Source of the DNA: an uncultured bacterium
GTDB taxonomy: Bacteria > Cyanobacteriota > Vampirovibrionia > Gastranaerophilales > Gastranaerophilaceae
Reading direction: 5' to 3'
Length of the DNA stretch: 64,000 nucleotides
NCBI GenBank assembly: GCA_905215335.1
Contig: CAJMPQ010000001.1
Coordinates: 157,383 to 221,382, forward strand
Of the stretch, positions 1 through 8,246 are shown piece after piece; positions within the stretch are counted from its first letter, which is position 1, and every line of letters starts with the position of its first letter. Position numbers and translations under genes: made by a program. The notes below the pieces were generated by a model that was not told the DNA's origin, did not search any database, and saw only the letters and a program-made list of their open reading frames with translations.

Positions 1-261
1 CGGATATAACTGAGCATCATATAATGAATATTTTTTATAATTGGCTCTAAAATCATTTGCAACCTTTAACGCTTCCTGAGGATTAAGATTAAATTTTTCA
101 GCCATTGATTTTTGCATTGGTGGCCCTACAAAAGTTTTCAAAATACTTTCTGAAGGCATTTCAAATCCATACTGCTCAATAGTTTTTTTTACAGCACTTA
201 TAACTCCAGATGTTGTATCCAAAAGAGTTCCATCTAAATCAAATAATATTGTATTATACAA
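1..261 (-). CDS. HAD-superfamily hydrolase, phosphoglycolate-phosphatase-like (N-terminal part only; gene runs off the window start)
   Basis: Not in the ORF track because there is no stop in the window. Reverse-strand translation from TTG (261-259): (M)YNTILFDLDGTLLDTTSGVISAVKKTIEQYGFEMPSESILKTFVGPPMQKS... This carries HAD motif I, DxDGT. GGAGG (complement of 269-273) lies 7 nt upstream. The start overlaps the stop of the upstream gene by 8 nt. Confidence 0.75.
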   Translation of the reverse strand, partial: MYNTILFDLDGTLLDTTSGVISAVKKTIEQYGFEMPSESILKTFVGPPMQKSMAEKFNLNPQEALKVANDFRANYKKYSLYDAQLYP

Positions 262-1870
262 TACTAACCTCCTTTTCTAAAACATCATTATATAAACTAT
301 CAGTTACAAAATTTACACTAATAGCACTTTGCAAATCTAATAACATTTCCTTTGTTTCTTTTGTTAGAAGCAATAAATCTTCTTTATTCGTTGTTGTTAC
401 TAAACTATTGTCATAATAATTAAGTTCACTGTTTTCTGAAAACCCATCGAATCCCGCAAAATTCACACTTTTCACACCCAGTTTAGCTAATAAGCGTAGA
501 ATTAAAATAGCAGAAGTATCAACATTTATCCAACCAAATTTAACAAGAGGAAGATAATTAAAAATCAATTCATTTGAATTTGATTCAGTTTTTATATTTG
601 ATGTCAATAATACCTTACATTCAAGATTTTTTGAAATTTCAGTATTCAAAAAATCTTGATATCTATTAATTCCACTAAAGAAAATATAATCCGATTTAAA
701 TTTATCTATATAATTATTTACCGAAATTATAATAGGATTTTTACATCTTATAAACTCTTCTATTTTATCTTTTTGAGAAGCTAAAGTCTTCCCAGGAACA
801 AGCAATAATATTTCACGATTTTTTAATTCTTTTGATAAAAACTCTAATGATCTTTTATCGTCAATCTCTCTATCAAAATGTTCTACATATATTTTTTCTA
901 ATAATTTATAATCATAAGCTTTCTTTTGCTTTTCATCTAAAGTTTCGATAATTGCTCTTAAATCTTTAGATTTGATATTATGTCGACGCAACAAATGATT
1001 AACATTAAACACATGAGAACTATGAACACCTGAAAGAAAATACGGAATACTATATCCCCATTCACATTCTTGTATAAACTTAGGCATTAAATAATCAATA
1101 ATATCCAACAATACATTAAGCTCATAATCTTGTCCGAATTTTTTATTTAAAAATTCGGACAAACACTCAGTATGAGCGTTTCCTGCGCCACGTCCACAAC
1201 CTAAAATTGAAGAATCTACATTAATTTCTCTACTATTTGATGCTAAATTTATAAATTCTTGAGTATTTGCATTTGCTAACATTAGGTTATTATGAGCATG
1301 AAACCCTAAAATAATTTCTTTATCTAAGTTATGATTTACTATTGAATAAATATGTCTTAGATCTTCAGCATACATAGCGCCAAAAGTATCTACAATCGAA
1401 TAAGCATAAGGTTTTAACTCATTAACTTTTTCTATAACTTCTAATAACTCAATATCAGAATAACTCATTGTATCAACATTTTGAAAAAATACTTTATAGC
1501 CTTTATCTTTTATAGCTTTTGCATATTCAAAAACTTCAAATCTTTCATCTTTTTTAAAACAAATTCTAATACCATCAATAGATTTACCATTATAATCAGA
1601 CAAATATTTTAAATCATATCTACCATAATCTACTAATGCAACATATAAAGTTCCTTCTTTTTTCTGTTGAAGATAAGGTTCAATTTCCTCAACATATTGA
1701 AAAATAGTACTATCCGGATTATGTGGTAAATTTTTCAAAAATCCACACTCTATAATATCAATATTTGAATTTTCCAAAGCATTGATGAACTTTTTTATAT
1801 AATTTTTACCTAGAACAAGCCCCTTAATTGGAGCTTCTCTCAAGGTACAATCCAACAAATTTATTTTCAT
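254..1870 (-). CDS. Fusion protein: N-terminal HMGL-like (pyruvate carboxyltransferase/aldolase TIM-barrel) domain plus C-terminal DUF115(MptE/Maf)- or GT42 sialyltransferase-like domain
   Basis: 538-aa ORF with ATG start. N-terminal half: MKINLLDCTLREAP..., GFHAHNN (HxH metal motif) and GCGRGAGNAHTE, typical of the HMGL-like family. C-terminal half: LLLVPGKT..., DYIFFS and TSAILILRLLAKLGVKSVNFAGFDGF, which resembles the CstII/DUF115 core motif. Confidence 0.6.
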   Translation of the reverse strand: MKINLLDCTLREAPIKGLVLGKNYIKKFINALENSNIDIIECGFLKNLPHNPDSTIFQYVEEIEPYLQQKKEGTLYVALVDYGRYDLKYLSDYNGKSIDGIRICFKKDERFEVFEYAKAIKDKGYKVFFQNVDTMSYSDIELLEVIEKVNELKPYAYSIVDTFGAMYAEDLRHIYSIVNHNLDKEIILGFHAHNNLMLANANTQEFINLASNSREINVDSSILGCGRGAGNAHTECLSEFLNKKFGQDYELNVLLDIIDYLMPKFIQECEWGYSIPYFLSGVHSSHVFNVNHLLRRHNIKSKDLRAIIETLDEKQKKAYDYKLLEKIYVEHFDREIDDKRSLEFLSKELKNREILLLVPGKTLASQKDKIEEFIRCKNPIIISVNNYIDKFKSDYIFFSGINRYQDFLNTEISKNLECKVLLTSNIKTESNSNELIFNYLPLVKFGWINVDTSAILILRLLAKLGVKSVNFAGFDGFSENSELNYYDNSLVTTTNKEDLLLLTKETKEMLLDLQSAISVNFVTDSLYNDVLEKEVSIV

Positions 1871-1880
1871 GAAACTCTCC

Positions 1881-2612
1881 TCACACTCTACAATTTCTGT
1901 TTGTCATAATCTGCGTTACTTTTTCTATATCGCGAGGATTATCAACAGAAATAGAATCTGAAGACACCTCTATACAATTTACAATTTTATGATTTTCAAT
2001 CCAACGAAGTTCGGCAATATCTTCTATTTGTTCAATTTCTCCCGGCTGAGTATTTACAAAAAAGTCAAGAGCGTCAATAGAAAAACCCTGAATTCCGATA
2101 ATCTTTTTATAATCAAACATTACACTCTTATGAGGACAAGGAACCGGATAACGAGACAAATAAACTAACTTGTTATCACTAATAACAACTTTAATATTTC
2201 CTGTATCCAATGTTTCTACTGGATTTTTCAATTTTCGATAAGAAAATAAATAATCTGCTTCAGTTTTAATAACTTCATCAACAACTGTCTTGATACATTC
2301 AGGCTCAATTAATGGTTCATCTCCATTTATCATAATATATCTATCTGCCTGTATTTTATGAACAACCTCATGCATTCTATAGAAACAATTCATATGATCA
2401 TTTCTAGTCATAAGAACATTAATGTTATATTTTTCACAAACTTCATAAATTCTTAAATCATCAGTAGCAACATAAACTTCATCCAATTCTTGCACTTGTT
2501 TAGCACTGTTATAAACCCAATAAATCATTGGTTTCCCACAGATTTCAGCTAATGGTTTTCCTGGAAAGCGGGTAGAACCATATCTAGATGGTATTATTCC
2601 AATTATTTTCAT
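1881..2612 (-). CDS. KdsB/NeuA-family cytidylyltransferase (CMP-ulosonic acid synthetase-like)
   Basis: 243 aa. MKIIGIIPSRYGSTRFPGKPLAEICGKPMIYWVY...VATDD...INGDEPLI matches the 3-deoxy-manno-octulosonate cytidylyltransferase pattern. Its ATG shares one base with the stop of the upstream gene (TAATG at 2612). Confidence 0.85.
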   Translation of the reverse strand: MKIIGIIPSRYGSTRFPGKPLAEICGKPMIYWVYNSAKQVQELDEVYVATDDLRIYEVCEKYNINVLMTRNDHMNCFYRMHEVVHKIQADRYIMINGDEPLIEPECIKTVVDEVIKTEADYLFSYRKLKNPVETLDTGNIKVVISDNKLVYLSRYPVPCPHKSVMFDYKKIIGIQGFSIDALDFFVNTQPGEIEQIEDIAELRWIENHKIVNCIEVSSDSISVDNPRDIEKVTQIMTNRNCRV

Positions 2613-3703
2613 TATTCAAACTCCCTTAATACTTTATCAATTATTTCATCACTTGTTAGTTCATCAGTATCATATTCTGAAATATTCTTCTGATTTACAT
2701 TTGGCAAATATTTCAAACTAAAAGCAAGAATATTTTCTCTAGCAGAACTGACAATATTACATTTAAATCTTGTATACAATATATGCTGAGGTACATTTAT
2801 TGTTGAAAGCACATCATTTAATCCACTTCTAAGTGAAATAATCCCCTTGGACATCTGAGCTAAATAATAGGTCTGTTCAATATCATATAATCCACAAACA
2901 CAATCGGGGATTTTCATTATGTCTGATGAAGAATTTATGAATATGTCATAACCTTTATCTCTTAAACGTTTACAGATTTCTACCCAAAAAGTTCTATCAT
3001 AACTACAATTACTTGAAGCTTCTGGGGAAATAAATATAAACTTATCAAGATTTAATCCAGAAAGTTCTAAATCTGCAAATAATTCATTTTTAGCTTGTTC
3101 TGAAACATGACATATTGTAGACTTGTTATAAAAATCAGCATAATACTTAGATAAATTTTTTACAAAAGAACAATCTTCAATAGGAGTATTACTATTATCT
3201 TTCACATTATTATGAATATCTAAAATTATTTGCTTATTAATATATGAAAAAAATCGTTTATTTTTATATGAAAAACCTTTATTTCCTATATCATTATAAA
3301 AAATTTCCAATGCTAAACGTTTATTGAAGTCTATTTTTTTACATTCTATGTTGGGAGAAAATAAATTAAAAACTTTTTTTGCATTATCATTTAAAACAAC
3401 TAAAACTGGTTTTTTAGAATTATTTTTCTTTACCCAATTTTCAAACATAAAACTTAAAATATATAAATCTCCAAGAGTAATCATTCTATATATATAGATA
3501 TCATCATAATCATCATTTAATTGTGATAAAATCCCATCAAAAAAAGTTTCTCTTACACCTTTTGATGGAAAAATATCAAAATATTTTTCATAAGCAGTCT
3601 TTTCACTAAATGTAAAATGTCTACAACCATATTCACAAATAGGCTTATCTAGCAAACGGATTTCTCTTTCTTTACCTATATCAATAATTTCAAATAATTT
3701 CAT
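2612..3703 (-). CDS. Hypothetical protein, possible GT-B (GT9 heptosyltransferase-like) glycosyltransferase
   Basis: 363-aa ORF inside the operon. The C-terminal part FIFISPEASSNCSYDRTFWVEICKRLRDKGYDIFINSS...SLRSGLNDVLSTINVPQHILYT resembles the GT9 donor-binding domain pattern. The match is weak. Confidence 0.35.
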   Translation of the reverse strand: MKLFEIIDIGKEREIRLLDKPICEYGCRHFTFSEKTAYEKYFDIFPSKGVRETFFDGILSQLNDDYDDIYIYRMITLGDLYILSFMFENWVKKNNSKKPVLVVLNDNAKKVFNLFSPNIECKKIDFNKRLALEIFYNDIGNKGFSYKNKRFFSYINKQIILDIHNNVKDNSNTPIEDCSFVKNLSKYYADFYNKSTICHVSEQAKNELFADLELSGLNLDKFIFISPEASSNCSYDRTFWVEICKRLRDKGYDIFINSSSDIMKIPDCVCGLYDIEQTYYLAQMSKGIISLRSGLNDVLSTINVPQHILYTRFKCNIVSSARENILAFSLKYLPNVNQKNISEYDTDELTSDEIIDKVLREFE

Positions 3704-3711
3704 AGTGCCTC

Positions 3712-5796
3712 TTATTTAATAAATAATAACTTTCTAAAACTGATTTCAAATCCGAGAAATCTCATATAAGCAATATTTCTGCTACGAATAATTTCTAAAT
3801 TAAATAAAAATTTTCTAATACTTCCATATTTTTTTCGAATATTTAATAACCTTTTCACAAATTTATCAGAACGAATATAACAAATATTTGGCAACTGTAT
3901 CTGACTATTGTCATATCCACAAACTAAATCTTTGACAGACAATACAGGTGCACATTTATATGTTCTTTTTTCTATACCGTAATAATTTGAAAATGGTATT
4001 TCACCAATAAGCTCAGCAGTTTCTAAATCCGGATTTCCTGTTATGTAATCAAAATAAAATAAAAAAGGCTTCAAATTTGGAACACTATTAGGAGTATTGC
4101 TAAGAATTTTATAAAATGTTTGACAGAACAAAATTTCACCTTCCAACACCTTATCATACTCGTATTCTTCTAAAGCTTTTCCTTCTAAATCTTCCATAAC
4201 AGGAACAATTTCCCCATTAGTTTTATTATATGAAACCGTAGCTCCGCAAAGAGATCTACAAAATAACTCCATTTGAGATCTTATTTTCGGAGATGAATAA
4301 AATGAAACCATTTCAAAATTTGGTGATAAAACTTTTAATGGATTAAATTGAGAATAAAAACTTGTTATTTTTATATCAGAAAATGTTTTTATAAGATTTA
4401 CCAGACAATTTTGAGTTCTACCACTAGCAGCTAAATCTACTAAGGCCAATTTATTATCCGACAAATCTATTTCTTGTTTTATATATTGAATTAAATAATT
4501 TCTTTGCTCTGAATTTGATTTTATAACTAAATCCAAAAATTTTGAATTGGCAGAAAGAATGCCTGATAATTCTGTTAATTCTTCTCTATTATAAGGTCTC
4601 GTATAATCTTTAAATTTTTGAGGAATTAATTTTATTAATTCACCTTTATCAACATGAAATCTTGCTGCTATTCTATCAATAGTATTAATTTCTCTTGCTG
4701 AAGCAAACATAAAACTAATGTCAGGATTTTCGTATGTAATAGAAGGTGCTCGCCAAGCCTCTCTTGAACCATACAACAGTTTTGTTTTTATATCTAAACC
4801 TTTTTCTTTAATTAAAACATCACACATTTGTTTTAAAACATAACCATCTCTCATAACAAAATATAAACGATTTATACCTCGCTTAATACTTTGCTCTATG
4901 ACCCAGTTAACATATGGATATAAAATAACTCCACCCATAGAAACACCTAAATTAAACTTTTCATTTCTTTTATAAAAATTCCTAATATTTTTTGCCGTAC
5001 CAACAGCTAATTGTACATATACATCTTCTGGATATCTTCCCAACAAACGTTTTTCATACTCTTTTAAATTTACATAATTATATTTTTCCGACTTAATTCC
5101 AATTCTATTTGCAGCTTTAATATCAGAATTCAAATTATCACCAATATGTATCCATTTTTGTACTTCAATATGCTCTTTTTCTTGAACATATTTAAACAAA
5201 TCCCCAGATCCTTTCATGCATCTACACTCTGAAGATACATAAATTGGAATATTTTTAAAAATCTCATTTTTATCAGTTAAAAATTGCCTTAATGTTTCTG
5301 AAGAATGATAAATATCAGAAATAAGTATAACTCTATATCCTGAGCTTATAGCACTCTTAACTCGTTCAATATTTTCTGGTATACCTATTAAATTCTTTCT
5401 TTCGGTACTAATTTCAAAATTTTTTAATAAAAATTTTTCATCATCAGAAAGTGCATAATTTTTTTGAATATAATCATATATTTCATCTAAAGTTATTTCA
5501 TTAATTCCATGAAAGGCATAGTGTTTACGTAAAAAAGCTTCGCTCTCCACTCTAATAATATAAAAATTTTCTCTAACATATTTATCAATTATTGAAAAAG
5601 ATACATTATCTTTTAATTCTTTTTGCATCAACGCAAAAATACCTTTAGGCACAGCAGTTGTACGAGTTAACAATGTATCAAATACATCAAAAGAAATTAC
5701 TTCCGTTAAAGTATTTTTTATTTTATTTTGTTCCAACTGAAGCATTTTCAACCAAACCTTTCTCAAAAATTTCACCATTTTCAGTAATATACTCAT
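3712..5796 (-). CDS. HAD-like hydrolase domain fused to a roughly 440-aa domain of unknown function
   Basis: 694-aa ORF. HAD motif I is VISFDVFDTLLTR and there is a later GDNLNSD motif. The C-terminal two thirds are unrecognised. The start is ambiguous: in-frame ATGs lie at 5796, 5778 and 5745, none has a clear SD, and all overlap the 3' end of the upstream gene (stop at 5723). Confidence 0.6.
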   Translation of the reverse strand: MSILLKMVKFLRKVWLKMLQLEQNKIKNTLTEVISFDVFDTLLTRTTAVPKGIFALMQKELKDNVSFSIIDKYVRENFYIIRVESEAFLRKHYAFHGINEITLDEIYDYIQKNYALSDDEKFLLKNFEISTERKNLIGIPENIERVKSAISSGYRVILISDIYHSSETLRQFLTDKNEIFKNIPIYVSSECRCMKGSGDLFKYVQEKEHIEVQKWIHIGDNLNSDIKAANRIGIKSEKYNYVNLKEYEKRLLGRYPEDVYVQLAVGTAKNIRNFYKRNEKFNLGVSMGGVILYPYVNWVIEQSIKRGINRLYFVMRDGYVLKQMCDVLIKEKGLDIKTKLLYGSREAWRAPSITYENPDISFMFASAREINTIDRIAARFHVDKGELIKLIPQKFKDYTRPYNREELTELSGILSANSKFLDLVIKSNSEQRNYLIQYIKQEIDLSDNKLALVDLAASGRTQNCLVNLIKTFSDIKITSFYSQFNPLKVLSPNFEMVSFYSSPKIRSQMELFCRSLCGATVSYNKTNGEIVPVMEDLEGKALEEYEYDKVLEGEILFCQTFYKILSNTPNSVPNLKPFLFYFDYITGNPDLETAELIGEIPFSNYYGIEKRTYKCAPVLSVKDLVCGYDNSQIQLPNICYIRSDKFVKRLLNIRKKYGSIRKFLFNLEIIRSRNIAYMRFLGFEISFRKLLFIK

Positions 5797-6817
5797 TATT
5801 CTTAGAGTAAATATCTACAAATAATCCTTTTAATCCCACAGGATTTACTGACACAATTTCAACATCAGGATACATCTGTTCAACAAATTCTTTAAACTTC
5901 TGATATCCCCAAGTCTTACCGGAATTATCCCCAGCTATACAACCTTCTTTCATTTCTATTTTTTCAGCTTTATAAAAATATCCTTTATTACAATCTTGTC
6001 CAACAAGAAAAATTCTTTTTGGATGAGCATAAAGTATAAATTGAAGAGCTGAAAAAACAGCACCTCCAAAATCTCCAAAAGGCTCATTGTCAATATCCAC
6101 AGCCCATTTATTGCCAAAAACATCTTCTAACAAAAATGGGGTTGCTTCAGCATTATAAATATGATACTGAGGAATTCTATCTACTAGAATTCTTTCCCTA
6201 ATTCTATTAACTTGTCTATGAGGCAATATTGCATAAAACTTCTTACAAAAACCTTTACCATACGCATCCAAACGCTCATTCATTTGTTTATTTGCTATCA
6301 TATGGTCATGCACAAATAAATAGTCTAACTTAACATTTTCTAAATTTATTGCACCATTTACACCAACTTGAATAGCATCCTTAATATAAATATAATCTTT
6401 AACTGATGGACCTGCACCATACAACACAACATCCTTGCCCTCAAAAGCCCTTTTATATGGTAAAAATGGCCTATGTAAATTTTGAACCTGATTTAAAACC
6501 TGCATATTAACAAAAACATCATCAATACGTCTTAAAATACGAGATTGAGAGTCACTTAATTTTATTAATTCATTACATATTTGTTTTTGAGTATTTTCAA
6601 CAATCTCTTTAATTTTATAATTTTCGTCGTACTTTTTCCAAACTTGAATTCCTATTAAATAATATTTCTTCAACGACTTATTTGATTTAATTTTAAACAA
6701 ACCAACCAAATATGATTTTACTTTAAATCCAAATCGATATTTTTGCTTATAAATTGTAATTCCTAAGATTTTTAAAACTTTTTCATTTTTAAAATTTTTA
6801 TATGAAAATATTTGCAT
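5723..6817 (-). CDS. DUF115 (MptE/Maf)- or GT42 sialyltransferase-like putative glycosyltransferase
   Basis: 364 aa counted from ATG 6817; the track start at 6820 is a TTG. GAGAGG lies 6 nt upstream. Motifs: VVLYGAGPSVKDY (GxGPS), DYLFVHD, and GGAVFSALQFILYAHPKRIFLVGQD (compare Campylobacter CstII TSGVYMCAVAIALGYKEIYLSGID). Confidence 0.5.
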   Translation of the reverse strand: MQIFSYKNFKNEKVLKILGITIYKQKYRFGFKVKSYLVGLFKIKSNKSLKKYYLIGIQVWKKYDENYKIKEIVENTQKQICNELIKLSDSQSRILRRIDDVFVNMQVLNQVQNLHRPFLPYKRAFEGKDVVLYGAGPSVKDYIYIKDAIQVGVNGAINLENVKLDYLFVHDHMIANKQMNERLDAYGKGFCKKFYAILPHRQVNRIRERILVDRIPQYHIYNAEATPFLLEDVFGNKWAVDIDNEPFGDFGGAVFSALQFILYAHPKRIFLVGQDCNKGYFYKAEKIEMKEGCIAGDNSGKTWGYQKFKEFVEQMYPDVEIVSVNPVGLKGLFVDIYSKNNEYITENGEIFEKGLVENASVGTK

Positions 6818-6846
6818 CAAATACCTCTCAATATTCTATAATCTCT

Positions 6847-8034
6847 TTAATCATCTAATTCTCTTGGATAAGCAAATAATACCGTGCCATAAATATGCAT
6901 AGATTCCGAAAAATGAGAATCTATATGAATTGAATAATCCAAATTTTGAACAATATTATCTAATAAGATTTTCGTTTCAAAGAATTCTTCTGCAGAATGA
7001 TAAATAGCAAAAGATAAAACCGGACGATTTTCTTGAATGGTATTAACCATACCTTTTAAAGCCTGAAACATTGCCCCTTCAATATCCGCTTTTATAAAAC
7101 CAATAGAATTCTCAATTTTTTGGACATAACTATCTAATATAATAGTTTTTACAAATTCCCCATTACCATTATAAATTTTTTTACCCATATCACCATTATT
7201 ATTTATTTTTACTGATGCACATTCCGAAGATAAACCACATGTATTTATTACATATTTATATTCAGGAACATCATTCAAACGCATTGTATGCTTATAATTT
7301 TCAACATGTTCTTGTGAAATTTCAAAAGAATGAATTTTATTTGGATTATATTCTAACAATACAAGAGCACTATCACCAATATAAGCACCAGCATCAATAA
7401 AATCTTTATTTTTTATATAATTAATAATTTTAGAATTTGCATATTTTAATCCATGATGGTATAAAAAAACTTCCATATCATAGTTTTGTTTAGATAATTT
7501 ATATTCAGATTTAATTCTTGCAAAATTCTCAGATAATAACTTTGAATACATTTTGTCTTGTTCTGTATCATATTTCAATCTATAACCGTTGAAATCCAAG
7601 TTACATAACTTTGCTAAAGATTCATCCGGAAGCCTTAACATTTTATCAATAACAATATTTGTAATCTTCAATGATTTACTATCCAAATTTTTTTTAAATA
7701 GCTCTATTTTTTCAACCATATTATTTTCAATAAAATAATTTCTAAAAGATCCATTTATAGAATCAATGAGGCCCCACGCTTTCTTATTTATAAATTTTTC
7801 GCAAAATAAATTAATCTTATTTAATTTTTGAGTTTGTTGCTCTACGATTTTATTTAAATCTTCAAAATTATTATTAAGTTGTAAAACACATTTACGTTCT
7901 TCTGCCAACTCAAACAATATAACTCTATACAACAACTTAAGATTAGTAAATTTAAGTTTTATACCAAGTATTGTTATAACTTTATGATTCCCAATATTTG
8001 TAACTGAAAAAATAAATTGTAAAATCTTTTTCAA
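6847..8034 (-). CDS. FkbM-family methyltransferase with an N-terminal coiled-coil/unknown extension
   Basis: 395 aa. TTG start with AAGGAGG immediately upstream, and no in-frame ATG nearby. FIDAGAYIGDSALVLLEYNPNKIHSFEISQEHVENY is the FkbM (Methyltransf_21) SAM-binding pattern. Confidence 0.7.
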   Translation of the reverse strand: MKKILQFIFSVTNIGNHKVITILGIKLKFTNLKLLYRVILFELAEERKCVLQLNNNFEDLNKIVEQQTQKLNKINLFCEKFINKKAWGLIDSINGSFRNYFIENNMVEKIELFKKNLDSKSLKITNIVIDKMLRLPDESLAKLCNLDFNGYRLKYDTEQDKMYSKLLSENFARIKSEYKLSKQNYDMEVFLYHHGLKYANSKIINYIKNKDFIDAGAYIGDSALVLLEYNPNKIHSFEISQEHVENYKHTMRLNDVPEYKYVINTCGLSSECASVKINNNGDMGKKIYNGNGEFVKTIILDSYVQKIENSIGFIKADIEGAMFQALKGMVNTIQENRPVLSFAIYHSAEEFFETKILLDNIVQNLDYSIHIDSHFSESMHIYGTVLFAYPRELDD

Positions 8035-8150
8035 GTTACCTCCTTAAACAAATACCCAAAAACTTATTTCCCAGTTGCTTCAAATTTAGACAAAACAAGT
8101 AAAAAAAGATATTAGCCAAGTGGGTATATTAAATACTACAAAAACTTCTG

Positions 8151-8159
8151 TGATATAAT
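8151..8159 (+). promoter_or_regulatory. Candidate extended -10 element (TGaTATAAT) upstream of the 8247 gene
   Basis: TGATATAAT lies 88 nt upstream of the ATG in a 212-nt divergent intergenic region. AT-rich background makes chance matches likely. Confidence 0.3.
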
Positions 8160-8246
8160 ATTAATCCACCATCTTGTATAAAAATTTATTTAATTAATAC
8201 TCAAAAAAATTTTTCACGGATTTTATAACAGAATGAAGGATTAAAT

